From positions 113,100 to 133,099 of the forward strand of contig JAVECO010000048.1 of the NCBI GenBank assembly GCA_051942205.1: a DNA stretch of 20,000 nucleotides, in the 5' to 3' direction. Numbering within the stretch: position 1 is the first letter of the stretch; each line of letters opens with the position of its first letter. Of the stretch, positions 9,278-20,000 are shown piece by piece. The notes below the pieces were generated by a model. It was not told where the DNA came from and did no database searches. It worked only from the letters and a program-made list of their open reading frames with translations. The DNA is from Coniocarpon cinnabarinum (Eukaryota). A program made the translations under genes and the position numbers.

Positions 9278-9611
9278 CTAGAATTTGACACTGTTGCAAT
9301 CGTGCTGAGCGCGTGGAGCGACGCAGCCACCCTTGAGGCCGAGAGCGAAGCAGCTGCCATTGGGACACTTGCAGTCGATAGCTTCCCCACCAGCACGTCG
9401 TCTGTTCCAAATCAGCAGGCCCATCAACGGCGTACTGGATCGCAATAGGCTCATGCAATAGACATTGCAAGCCGCTAGCAGAGGGAACTCACACGACGCA
9501 TCCGGTGGCATCGGAATCGGGCACAGGGTTGGCATCAGGCGCAGCTACGGGGCTGGCCATGACAGTGGCAAGGAGGGAAGTGAGAGCGATGGCGGCGGCG
9601 AAGAACTTCAT
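9278..9611 (-). CDS. Small secreted cysteine-rich protein (80 aa, 6 Cys), candidate effector or antimicrobial peptide; exons 9611-9493, 9401-9278
   Basis: Signal peptide MKFFAAAIALTSLLATVMA-SP; 91-nt intron 9402-9492 (GTGAGT...GCTGAT...CAG) joins two track ORFs into ...PDANPVPDSDATGCVVRRAGGEAIDCKCPNGSCFALGLKGGCVAPRAQHDCNSVKF*. TATA-like TATTTAAA lies upstream near 9740-9747. Confidence 0.85.
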
Positions 9612-10127
9612 GGTGTGCGTAGTATTATCGACGGGATCGAGCCGTAGAATGAAGCTGGTATTGTCGCGGACGAGGTGGTGGGCTGTGAGTGATTGTTTGA
9701 TGCTGGTGATCAGGACCACGGACAGCAGAACTGAGTTCGTTTAAATAATTGATGGTGACTGCCTCACCGCCACTTGTTACCTCAATTCAAAGCACCACGA
9801 GCGTCATAACAGGCAACTATGCACAGGGACAGCATCCTTCCCACGGACCCGCGGAGCAAACCTCTGTGCGGTGGTCGCCCCAAGACTAGGGTGTCGCCAG
9901 AGGCTATGCATACGCGCCTGGCACAAACGAACATGTTGAGCTTTTCGAGTCCTCAAGAAGCCGCATCGACATCTGTTACTCGCAAGGAGTATACTTCATA
10001 GCAGCAGCAATCGCCGGGTCATAAAACAGGCAGCTTCATACATACTTCCTTGGAGGGGAACGTCAGTCAATGGCCCATGAAAACTGTGAAGCATTTTCGA
10101 CAAGCGGTGTAGACAAGTTTTGCGAGA

Positions 10128-10169
10128 TTCGAAGGATGCGCTTCGAAGGATGCGCTCTGAAGGATGCAA
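10128..10169. repeat. 14-bp tandem repeat, 3 units
   Basis: TTCGAAGGATGCGC TTCGAAGGATGCGC TCTGAAGGATGCAA, read directly. Confidence 0.75.
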
Positions 10170-12869
10170 AGGATCGTGACATCGTGTCAAAAGAAGTAAG
10201 AGGTAGGGGCCAATGTGTCTCTAAATAGAGGTGTCTTGGAGAACCGGCCCCTGTAAGGAGGAATATTAGCTATCCTATACTTGGAATTAGCTTTTTTAGC
10301 GGTTAGATGTTGTCCTCTCACTGACTGGTCTCCTGCCGCATCAGTACTAGTATCTGCCTCAGCTTGACCTGAGTTTGTTTTGATTGTGGAATCAGTGGGG
10401 CGTGAGCCAAATCTTTGCGCGTGTGGACGCTCGTGGTCGAGAGCGCTTGACCATCCAAGTCCTTGAAAACCCTAAACAACTGCCGAAAACGCAGATGTGG
10501 CTCTAAGTCGGTCTGCTACATGCTGTAGAGATGTAGTTATAGGAATATAGGCATTCTGGCTGGCCCTTGGACTTTCACAATTGAATGGCGCGGTCAAGCA
10601 CCTGTGCTTCTGGTCTCCTAGAGAAGCGATCGGATTTGGTCACCTTGTATAACGGACGCATTTCTTGCTGACCATGCAAGGTCATGCTCCAGAGCGCTCG
10701 GGCCTGCATACACGCTTTGATCGGTGCTACCGGGTTGCCTTCAATCGTCCTCCTCAGAAACTGCTCCTTCACCACAGATGTGGGCCAGGCTGGATCTCTC
10801 GACTCATTTCTCTACCCCTGTGACGCTGTATCATAAAGGGGCATATGATCACCAAGCAAGGCCAGGGACTTACAAGACATGTTGCTCCGGCATCCACATT
10901 CGCAAGTTTCTGCTGAAGTGGGTCCAGCTTCGATCAGAGTCCAACAGTAGGATGTTTCCTACTAGTCCTTTCCTCTGTTATGGACATTAATGTGGTATTT
11001 TCGTAATCAGTGTTTCACGCATCCAGTTTCACTTAGTGCGAAAATGTTGCCAGTCACGATGCTGCTCTGTGCGATGCTCTGAACACACACATTCTCTTTA
11101 CCCTACCGCAATGACTGCGTTTCCGGACCTCAGGCGTCAAGGAGCAATTGTAGGAGCACATTTCTCCCTCGTTTGAGGATTCTGCCTTTATCAAAGGCCT
11201 GAGCTGAGCCGCTAATGGACCTGACCAGGGGATTCCTAGACCTATTTGCTTGATTCGCATGAAGATCCTGGCACTACTGGGCATTCTCAGGTGTTCAATA
11301 TAGCTGCTATTTTCCAATCACGATGCCAAAATCTCCTCCGAACAACTGCTGGGAGACTAATTACGCTAGCATCACAGCCCCAACATCTGGGACGGTAAGG
11401 GCGACGAATGGCAGCTCTACATAAATTTGTAACTGACAAGCCAGTCCCAGACCAGTATTGGCACACGAGGGTCTGTCGCCGGAGGGATATACCTCGGAAA
11501 CACTATAGACATGTAGCCAACGTGACATCTGATCTGACACTTTCATGTATGCTTCAGCTAGGTCCCCGACGCTGTAACAAATTGCAGCGAGAGGTAGCAA
11601 GGAATGCGTTCAGCATATTTGAATTACGAGTGAAATTTGCTCAGATTGGAAATTTGGCAGGTCTTGACCTTCGATGACAGTCTTGATATTCCCTGAGGAG
11701 TGCGATGTGTTCAGAAGATGATTTCATTCGAATGCCTTACAGCAGAGCTTGGTGTGACGTCAAAGTCAGACGTGCTCTGTGACGCACGCAAGGACCATGA
11801 TGTTAAGCCTTACAAGTCTGAGACAAAATCAGACCGTAGCCAAAGACGAGATCGCGCGAATTTTGCTGACCAAACTGCTTCATCATACATATGGGACAAG
11901 CCTTTTACGGGTAGTAAAGTCACCTACCTTCGAAGCAGAACATGCGAAAAATAACGGAAGCGTCTAGGAACAAGGCGCCCAATTGCTGGTGCTGAAGTGG
12001 CAATCAGCTACGTTTGCTTGGCCTGTCAGTAATGAACGTGGGTCTGGACACATAGGTTGTCGATTGTCGGCGCGTGGAGGGGAAAGAGTTGCGGTCGAGA
12101 CATTGAAGATGGCCGATTCTGGGTAGACTCGTGGGCCCCTCAGCTCTCGTTTCACTCACAACGATAGGTGGAGAACAGCCAAGGTGATCATCAGCGAAGG
12201 CTTTCAAGATCTGCGCTCAAGGTCGGATTCCTCACGTCGCCTCTCCAAGGCTGGTGACGCATTGTTGGATTTTCCGTCGCTTATGCAATTCCTTCCGCAG
12301 AGCCAAGATGCCTGGCACCTTCTTGTGCGAGGGCAGCCAAATTTTCATTCTCACTACGTGTCTGATCACCTGCACACGCCACACGCACAGACGTGTCTCA
12401 CCAACCCCATGCAGCAGAAGCCAATCCGACGCTGCAGCATGACCGCAAGCGCTCACACCTCCTCATCAGCACCGAGCAAAAGGCGTCGCACTGCACCACA
12501 CCACTTGGCGTGTACTCAGTGTATTCATCCGTACGTCGCAGGTGCCAAGCTGTTGGGAATGTGGCTTGCGTGGGGAGATTACTACGACTTGTAGAGCTAG
12601 CAATCTCTGCCATTCGGTCAACGACCAATTTGGGGATGTTGCTACGTATGAGCACCGACCGCCGAGATGCCGCTGACGAACCGCAGGAATTCGCGGGGCC
12701 GTCGATGATCGCGGTCCTGCACGCGTGCTCGCATGGACGTCCGGTGCCACTCCGACGTCACAGGTCTTTCCACGATCCGCAGACACGCTTGCACACAGAC
12801 CAACCCCTGCGGAACCTCCCTGCCTGCAAGCGATCACGGGCCATCCACGGCCGCATTGGTGAGCGAACC

Positions 12870-14141
12870 TTATCCCTCCGGCAGCAAGCCGCCTCTGACC
12901 GCAAACATCTTGCCACTTACACTCGCCGTGAATCCGTCCACCTGCCTCGCATATTGTTCAATCTGCCGTGAGTTCAGCATCGTCTCCAGTCGGCTCGGCT
13001 CCTGCGGCAGCTTGAAGAGCCGCTGCCATTCATCCTCAGGGAGCAAGCTTTGCTTGGCTGCAGTGCGACTGGCGTTCTCGGCTTTGCGTTTCTGCTGCCA
13101 TTGTGCAATCTTGGCCTGTTCACGTGCGAGTGAGCGCTGGTAATACTGTTGGTTGTTGATTTCCGTGTGATGATTCTCGATGGAATCGAGCATGAGATCA
13201 CATGTCTTCTCGAGGAAGGGATCCACCGAGAGGTCTAGTGTGTCGAGATTAGGGGCAAGGGGCTGGGCTGTGACCGTCTGAGTGTTGACGGCATCATTGA
13301 GCGAAGCAAGCGAGGGAGGGAAAGAGGGGGCCTGGGTCGGGGGTGACGTAGGAAGTTGATGCAGGAGTGATGTGAGGAGATGCGAATTGTGTATTTGCAC
13401 GGGTAACTCAAGGAGAATGTCTTGGTATCGCAGACCAGATTTTTGTAGGCTTAGTGCTGATTAGCTTGCAAGTTTCTGAGCACAGAGGCAAGTCGATGCC
13501 AACTTACTTGTCGGTGGTGAACTTGCCTTCCTTGAAGGAGGTCATGAAAGCAGGTGATAATCGAAATGCGCGAAGACTGAGACTACCTTGCACGCTCCTG
13601 CTGACATCATGCACGAGTGCCACAGTTCTTTCATTGAGTTCCTTTTGGAAATAATATTGGTTTTCGATCATGCTTGCGTTGACGAAGCTGCCCATGCTCG
13701 TGCTTGTATACCATCCGACGTTGTTGGCATCTACGTTCACTTCTCGCAAGTACTTGATCATTTCGTTCTGATATGCAGCGTTGGCCTTGGTCCGAGGTGC
13801 GGATGCGGCAAGGTTTTGAATGGTGTCCTGATGCACGTCCGCACTAGCGGCGTCGGGTGTTGGGAAGGGAAAGGAATTGGTGATCTCGAGCATGCCGTTG
13901 ACATCCATGCCCACCAAGGAGCCGGTCGCGATGGTGGGGAAGGAGTGCGAGCAGTGCTTGATGAGTTTCATCACGACCTGTGAAGATGTGTCAGGGACGT
14001 CGCTGCAAACAAAGAGGATTCTCATACCAGAGCCTCGATTTGTACGCTTTTGAGCGCGGCCCCGCCACTGAACTTCCATTAGTCGATGAATCTGAGAATC
14101 TCTGATCCTTATCCGCAGACGCACAGTGTCGTGTCAGCCAT
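12870..14141 (-). CDS. eIF3h: Eukaryotic translation initiation factor 3 subunit H (MPN domain, 368 aa); exons 14141-14125, 14067-14028, 13977-13508, 13449-12870
   Basis: Spliced product [44 protein letters not shown]...[10 protein letters not shown]...[16 protein letters not shown]...[24 protein letters not shown]...[16 protein letters not shown]...[14 protein letters not shown]...[22 protein letters not shown] is recognisably fungal eIF3h. The three introns keep the frame. Confidence 0.95.
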
Positions 14142-14622
14142 CTCGGGCGTGCAACGCTCAGTGATCAATGAGCAAAGGGCTCTTCCTCTTCAAATAGGCA
14201 AAGAACTGGATATTCAATGCAGGCTTCGACAAGATACAGGCTTCCGTGCTGTAGATAGTTCAGTAAAGCGAGGACTAGGTGAGGTCTGCACGCATGTCAT
14301 TTTGCGAATTTTGGAGAAAGCACGTGTAAGTTGATCGAGGGGAAAGAATCGTGACATGTAAAATGCGGTAAAGTCCAGATCTAAGCATGTCATAGGTTTT
14401 CCTAGTCTGCCGTACAGGGGCTTGCACAATTGACGATATCACGTGCGACGTTTTCACATTCACCTTCTCCCTGACCACGCCAACTATGCTCCCAGCCATG
14501 CGCTTGGCTCCATAGGCGTTGCCACCTCTTCACATGCGATACTGGCGTGATTGTTTTCATCAAGAACGAATCCCGTCGTAGATCTATTCAAAGCAACATA
14601 CGTCGCGCGCTCTTTGCGACTC

Positions 14623-14815
14623 TCAAGTATTTGCCTTCACCGGCGACTTCTCGAGGTTCCCCTGAAACTCCACCATGCCCCTTACTGTCGCGCCGTCGAA
14701 CATGACCTTTGGAGCCGTTTGGACGTTTCGGCGTATGTCCTTGAGCAAGCCAGCAAGTTTCATGGCTGTGTCAATAATAGACACAGCAGACTGCGTGCGC
14801 CGCAGCCAAAACACA
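14623..14815 (-). pseudogene. Possible relic of a fungal NLR/STAND N-terminal helical domain (HeLo-like/SesA-type)
   Basis: Frame reads SAVSIIDTAMKLAGLLKDIRRNVQTAPK, resembling by eye the 'S.asii.....l...l..i...v..APk' start of such domains. No suitable ATG ahead of it, and the frame stops about 30 codons later. Confidence 0.3.
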
Positions 14816-16677
14816 CACTGTCGGTGCTGCAGACTGAGTCACACGGGCTCGCAATTGAATTGACTTTGCGGCAATTGTTGATTCTCACGTTCGGCTCTCG
14901 TCGAGGCTCGCCCGTTGCTGGTTTTCGGATGTATGGCCGTTGCGGTTTGACATTCTCCTGACCTGACGCGACCAGTCCTGTGGACGTCGGACCAAGAGCA
15001 TGCAATGGGTCTGCGGGAAGTTGCTGTTCAACATGTTTGCAGTGCGATCCACGAACTACTCGCATGAAGTGCAACGTTGATCAAGCACACATGGGTCCCC
15101 GTCCCCACATGTGATAATGTGTTACAGATACCAACTTTTTCTCTCGCGTGCATCACCGGTGTACCTACGAAACAGGAAGGCCAGATTGTCAATTTGGAAA
15201 ATCACTGGCAAGGATGGCGTCGATCAGTAGCACGTTTCCCGCGTGTACGCCGCAGCACAGAAATCTTGTTGACGTCGTTCGCTACTTTAATATGGGGCGG
15301 CCTGCATATGGGCCCTTGCAGCATCTGATACAATGGCGCGGAGTACAAGGCCCACAGGCAGGAATCTACGTGATTGAGGTAGCGCCACACTGCGACACCA
15401 CGTGAGCTTTGCAGACAATACCAGGTCCTCAGAAAGACGGCTCGGCGGTCGCGCTACTTGCAAGAGAGCTGTGAACAATGTTTGCAGGCCTGACGCGAGG
15501 CTCCTCGGTCAGAATACTTACTGCCTTCAGACCTTGCCTTGGAGGACTTGAGCGTGGACTTGTGCTATCTTGCGACTGATACATTATGACTCGCGTGTTG
15601 TACGAGAAACCACTACTCCTAGGTACAAACCATGGCCGCCGGAGATAGCCGCAAGGCTGTTCAATACCTGCTCTTTTCGGCTACTATCGTCAGACCTGGC
15701 CACCCACAGCTCACTCGCCTGCGCTTTTGGCGAACCCTTCAACGGCCGCTAGCCGCGACTTCTCCAATCCACGAGCATTGTAGCACGAGGCCTTGTCCGC
15801 GAGCGCCTCATTATCCCTAGTCGTAGGGAGTGTCCCCGACTACGACGAGGAGTTCGCCCAAGTTTCAGATTTCTCTAACATCTGCAGTGGCGTCTCTGCT
15901 GCACACAACCCACGTTGCCCCACGTTTCCACCACGCTATGAGGCTTGAAGCCATGTTCGAACTTTGCTGGAGCAATGGCTACTGCCATGGATGTATTTTG
16001 GGAAAAGGGCCACATCTAGACCTCATGTGACAATGGGTCAGCCACCCAACTTCATGTGGCGTCCTGAGCTACTTCCCAAGACCTTTTCTGCGTGGCTGAT
16101 GGGGCTCCACGCCATACGCTATCTCAGCGCGGGTCGAGCACTCCCGCTTGGTGCATCAATCGATCTCGATTTTAACACTATAGTCGATCGATTGACGCTC
16201 AATATTATTGATGCGCCCTTGCGGCGGAGCTAGTAGCATTCTGCACAGTGACATCTGCCTCTGACTGACCCCAGGTGAATGACTGACAGACCTTGCACAT
16301 TATGCAATTGATGTCACCACCTGCCGGTGCATATCAACGGATCTTCTGCCGCGGAAGTGTAACATTCCAGTAAAGATCTGCGTTGGCTCCACTCAGAAGC
16401 ACGCTTTCATGCTGTAACAGCCTCAATAGACTCGCATGCGAGAAGGTCAGCCACGATTTGGAAGAGATAAACCTCGGGTTGTGGGGCTGATCGTCATGTT
16501 GGCCCGGCAAGCAGTATTCGTGAGCTATCGAAGATGCACTCGGCAACCATGCCGGCTCATGACGAGCTGGCTGCTTCAACTCCTGCAAACGGGAAGGAGT
16601 CGCATTGGACACGAACGGCATGAAGTCATGGTACTGCCCTCTGTCTATGCATTTTGCAACGTCGGATGTAACCTTGG

Positions 16678-18387
16678 TCATGTGAAAATGGACAGAATCC
16701 GAGGCTGGCACAGCGTATTCTCCCTGATGTGCGTCGAGAGCTTTGCGCACCACTGCGCTTCCTCCATGAGGCCTTCCTCCAGGAACATCATGGACGCGTA
16801 TTTGAGGCCGACGAGCGAGCAAATCCGCCCTGTAGATCCAGCTCGCGTTTGTGGCCAGAACGCCGTGCTTCTTGTAAATTCGTATCCGCACTCGAGCATC
16901 GTTTTCACGGGTGAAAACGGTGGAGGCGGAAGATCGACCACAACGGCTTGAAGCTTGGTGCGAGCCTGTACAAGGTTCCACCGCAAGCTCCAAAACATGC
17001 TGTAGACGAGAGCCATGCGGAAGTTGGAAAAGCGATACACTTCTTCCAGAGTCTCTGGCGGCGGAATGTCTTGCACATAGCGCAAGTGTCGGTACGAGAT
17101 TATCCACGGGCCAAACGAGGAAAGCTGCCGAGCAAAGTGTCGCTCATGCTGAATGCAAAAGTGCTCGATCGAGACCAGAAGCGTCTTGGTAGACGCAAGC
17201 AAGCCCTCGTCGTGCGGGTTTGCCAGACACGCGTCGAGCTTTTCGTGAAGTTCAGGGAGCATCGCCGACTTGTCGCTCAAAGATACCCAAGGATCGACGA
17301 GTGCAGTGCTGGAGGTGAGCTGGAGCCACTCCGGACTGCCGAATTGGATCCTGCGACGCTGCAAGATGCCGACGGTGATCTGTGATGCGTGAGCGCACGC
17401 GCGCCGATCAATTCTCTGACCGGGGTGACGTACCTCGGAGTTTCGTACCCCCATGAACAGTTGAAAGAGGTACGGCGATTTGGCAATATTGGCAGCACCC
17501 ATGTTGATGATCATTCGGGCCTGCCCGACCAAATGGATAATGTAGCCGTCGTTGCCAGCACCTGGCGAGAACTGAGACGGCACTGGTCATTCGAAAGCAC
17601 AAGACTGGCGGTGCGCTCGCCTCACTCACCTCGCAAATCTGGAGCAGCATGGATGCAGCCAGAGTATCCGCATCAGCAGCGCCCTGTCGCAACGAGCGAT
17701 GCAGAGTTGCGAGAGCCGTCCGGTACAGGCCTGACGCCTCGCGCACGAGAGCTTCATTGTGGTGCTCAGCGCCCATCTGTGCGATGCTCACGGCTTCGAT
17801 GGCCGAACGAAGGGCCGGGTTTCGTTCATCTCGGGACGGAAGAGCCTGCAAGAAGGACGATTGATCGAAGCCCATGGCACAAGACTCCTTGTCGGGGAGG
17901 TACGAGGACAGAAAGGTGCTCAGGGCCCCCGTTCTCATTGGCCCGCCAGCGCTGGGAACTTGCGTCCTGCGGACCATGGGTCCGCTCTCTGGATCGGCTG
18001 TCAACGCATGTCGGATGATTATGCTTATCAGCAAGGTCCATGGTTGATTTACCCAAGGGTTCCACCGTGTCCCGCCAGGATCGCCGCTCCTTGGGTTCGG
18101 CGGCACCCTTGAATCTCGGTTTCCACTTGCGTTCCTCACTGGACACGCCGGGGCATTGAATGCCCGACTTGACACAGTTTGCACACTTGCCATCGGTGAG
18201 AATGCACTACATGAGTTGGACAGTCCGTTGTCAGCCGGTGTCTGTGGGGCTTGTGGGCCACCGTGGACGGAGAGGGGGAGCGGTTGGAGGAAGGAGGGTG
18301 GGGGTTAGGGAGGATAGGGAAAGGCTCGTGGCACACCCGAAGCTTCCTCGATTTGCACACGTCGCAGCGCTTGGAGCTGCGGGGCAT
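16678..18387 (-). CDS. Zn(II)2Cys6 binuclear cluster transcription factor with fungal-specific TF domain (about 470 aa); exons 18387-18337, 18206-18053, 17997-17630, 17571-17434, 17379-16678
   Basis: Spliced N-terminus MPRSSKRCDVCKSRKLR|CILTDGKCANCVKSGIQCPG is a canonical Cx2Cx6Cx6Cx2Cx6C. Middle region LRSAIEAVSIAQMG...ASGLYRTALATL...TLAASMLLQICE|F...YIIHLVG is typical of Fungal_trans_2-type domains. Four GT-AG introns, all phase-compatible. Confidence 0.9.
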
Positions 18388-19020
18388 CGTTGCGCGGCGG
18401 ATCGATATGGAGTGAGCCAAGATCCGAGACCGCTCGAATAATGGTCCAGGAGTCGGCGGACAGAAGAGGGAGTCTACCAGCCACAGACCCAGCCAGAAAA
18501 CAAGGGGAATGATGTCGAAAGAGGGAAGCCCATCCAGATGGTCCAACAGGCCTGGAGCATACGAGCTGTCAACCCATCCGCAGCCATGCCAGAGCGAAGG
18601 TTTTAATACGAGCCAAAGCGGAAGGCGGATTGCGAAGGTGGTCGAAAAGAACGAAGGGGCTAGGCCGGAAGGGGCACGTTTTGGGCGAGAGCGCGGTTCT
18701 GAGTGAGGGTGGGTGAGCTGCAGGGCACGTTGCGGCCAGCCGTCAGGAGTGACGTGCACGCGTCGATCATGGATGCCAGGATGCACTGCGCCGTACAGCG
18801 AAGAGCCTCATCGATGCGTCGAGCGACTCGTCGATGGGTCGAGTGGTAAGTATCGCTGGTATCGCTGGGCGCCCCCACTGCTCGGCGGCAGTTACCGTCC
18901 CCACGCACTCTAATGCCGGGCGACGGTTGAAGCGGTTGTTGTTGTGGTTGATGGTGTTGTACCTGCTGCGTCGTAGTGTTTGCCAGCTGCCAGCTGCTCG
19001 CAGGCACCCAGCACGGCGCC

Positions 19021-19045
19021 GCACGTACGCACGCACGCACGCACG
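19021..19045. repeat. (GCAC)n microsatellite, 6 units with one variant
   Basis: GCAC GTAC GCAC GCAC GCAC GCAC G; similar short runs near 19787-19803 and 19986-19997. Confidence 0.7.
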
Positions 19046-19704
19046 TCAGTTGAGCGTCTCCAGCCTCCTGGTGCGCAGGTCTCTGCCCTCGGCCAGGCGA
19101 GTCGTCGCCTGCTTTGGCTCCGCGGAGGAAAGACAGGAGGGCTAGGCGTTGGCGGCTCGAGCGTCGAGGCTCGTCGTGGTGTCGGTGCGTGCGGGTGCGG
19201 GTGTGTGCACACACATGGTGGGCGCTACTGCGGTCGCTCGAGGGTAGTATTCTGGCACGCGTGGGTCGGCGTCGGCGTCGCTGGCCGCGGGAGGCAGGAA
19301 GGTCCAGCGATCACGGGCGCGGTGGTGGGGAGCGAGTGCCATGCCTTGGCTGGGGTCGGTCGGGACTGCGCTGTACGGCGGGGACCAGCATCAGAGATTT
19401 CGCGGGCGCCGTCACGGGCGATACAGAGTATACATAGCAGCACGGGCAAGGATTTGGGGTGGAGGGAGCAGATATGGAGTACAGCGCAAGACCAGACAGG
19501 GACAGAACGTGGGGTGGCGCGCCGCCATTGGCACGGGCTTTCCCGGCGCGATGTGCGGGTGCCTGAACTCTCGGGCTGCCGCGCGCCGCATCGGGGGTGG
19601 TGTGAGCGAGTGTGAGCGAGTATGTAGGCACGGTAGGCATCCAGTGGGTGAGGGAGGAAGACGTGAGAAGTGAGATGGCCAGGAGCTCCCCAATGCTCGC
19701 ACCA

Positions 19705-19945
19705 TCACCTCACGCCCTCCCTCCCTCACTCACTCACTCTTTTCCACCATCTTCCACAGCCATGCATCCCTCTCTCGCTCACACATGCACACGTACGCAC
19801 GCAGTCAGTCGCCTCGACGCAATCTCTCTTCCCCTCCCTTTTCCCCCACCTCCCGCCACGCCGGCGCGCAGGACGGAACGTGACGCACCTCGCCCTCCCT
19901 CTGCTACGCGGTCGCACTCCAATGCCAACTCTCCCTCCCCACCAT
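19705..19945 (+). promoter_or_regulatory. Pyrimidine (CT)-rich low-complexity tracts, probably promoter or 5' leader of a gene to the right of the window
   Basis: Runs such as CCCTCCCTCCCTCACTCACTCACTCTTTT and CTCTCTTCCCCTCCCTTTTCCCCC. CT-rich tracts commonly precede transcription starts in filamentous fungi. The downstream gene is not visible. Confidence 0.3.
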
Positions 19946-20000
19946 GATGCACTCTCCAAACCCCGGCATCACTCAGTCCTGATCAGCACGCACGCACCCC

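Noticed and set aside
12184..13143. Plus-strand ORFs 12184-12594, 12393-12971 and 12733-13143
   Set aside because: Non-ATG starts, non-descript composition, and largely antisense to the eIF3h 3' region.
16334..18786. ORFs overlapping the TF locus (16334-17107, 16436-16951, 16948-17385, 17389-18018, 18136-18786)
   Set aside because: Alternative-frame, antisense or intron read-through of the Zn2Cys6 gene.
18980..19959. Many overlapping ORFs in the GC-rich right end
   Set aside because: Low-complexity Arg/Gly/Pro-rich translations expected from GC-rich DNA with few stop codons.
1..20000. Transposons, Starship captain, CRISPR, tRNA/rRNA, RIP-type AT-rich blocks
   Set aside because: No transposase, RT or recombinase motifs, terminal repeats, spacer arrays or RNA gene signatures seen by eye. 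A repeat-library and covariance-model search would be needed to exclude small or eroded elements.

Overview
Eukaryotic DNA from a filamentous ascomycete, judged from short GT-AG introns with CTRAC/CTRAT branch sites, a Zn2Cys6 factor and eIF3h. Genes reconstructed by hand, left to right: (1) the 3' part of a CE5 cutinase/acetyl xylan esterase gene (+, to 829) with its nucleophile Ser on a 23-nt exon and an atypical GYSNG motif; (2) two intronless, diverged paralogous APH/choline-kinase-fold phosphotransferases (-, 1803-3521 and 5893-7593); (3) divergently upstream of each kinase, a copy of a small one-intron Cys/His-finger plus Lys/Glu-rich gene (+), intact at 8297-8703 and decayed at about 4492-4821 (the decayed copy is not in the ORF track); (4) an 80-aa secreted six-cysteine protein (-, 9278-9611); (5) about 3 kb with no convincing gene; (6) eIF3 subunit h (-, 12870-14141); (7) weak possible relics of non-self-recognition domains (14.6-16.2 kb); (8) a Zn2Cys6 transcription factor (-, 16678-18387) followed by a GC-rich, simple-repeat-rich region. 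The main observation is the tandemly duplicated head-to-head module of APH-like kinase plus small zinc-finger gene. Its function is unknown and functional ideas below are inference.
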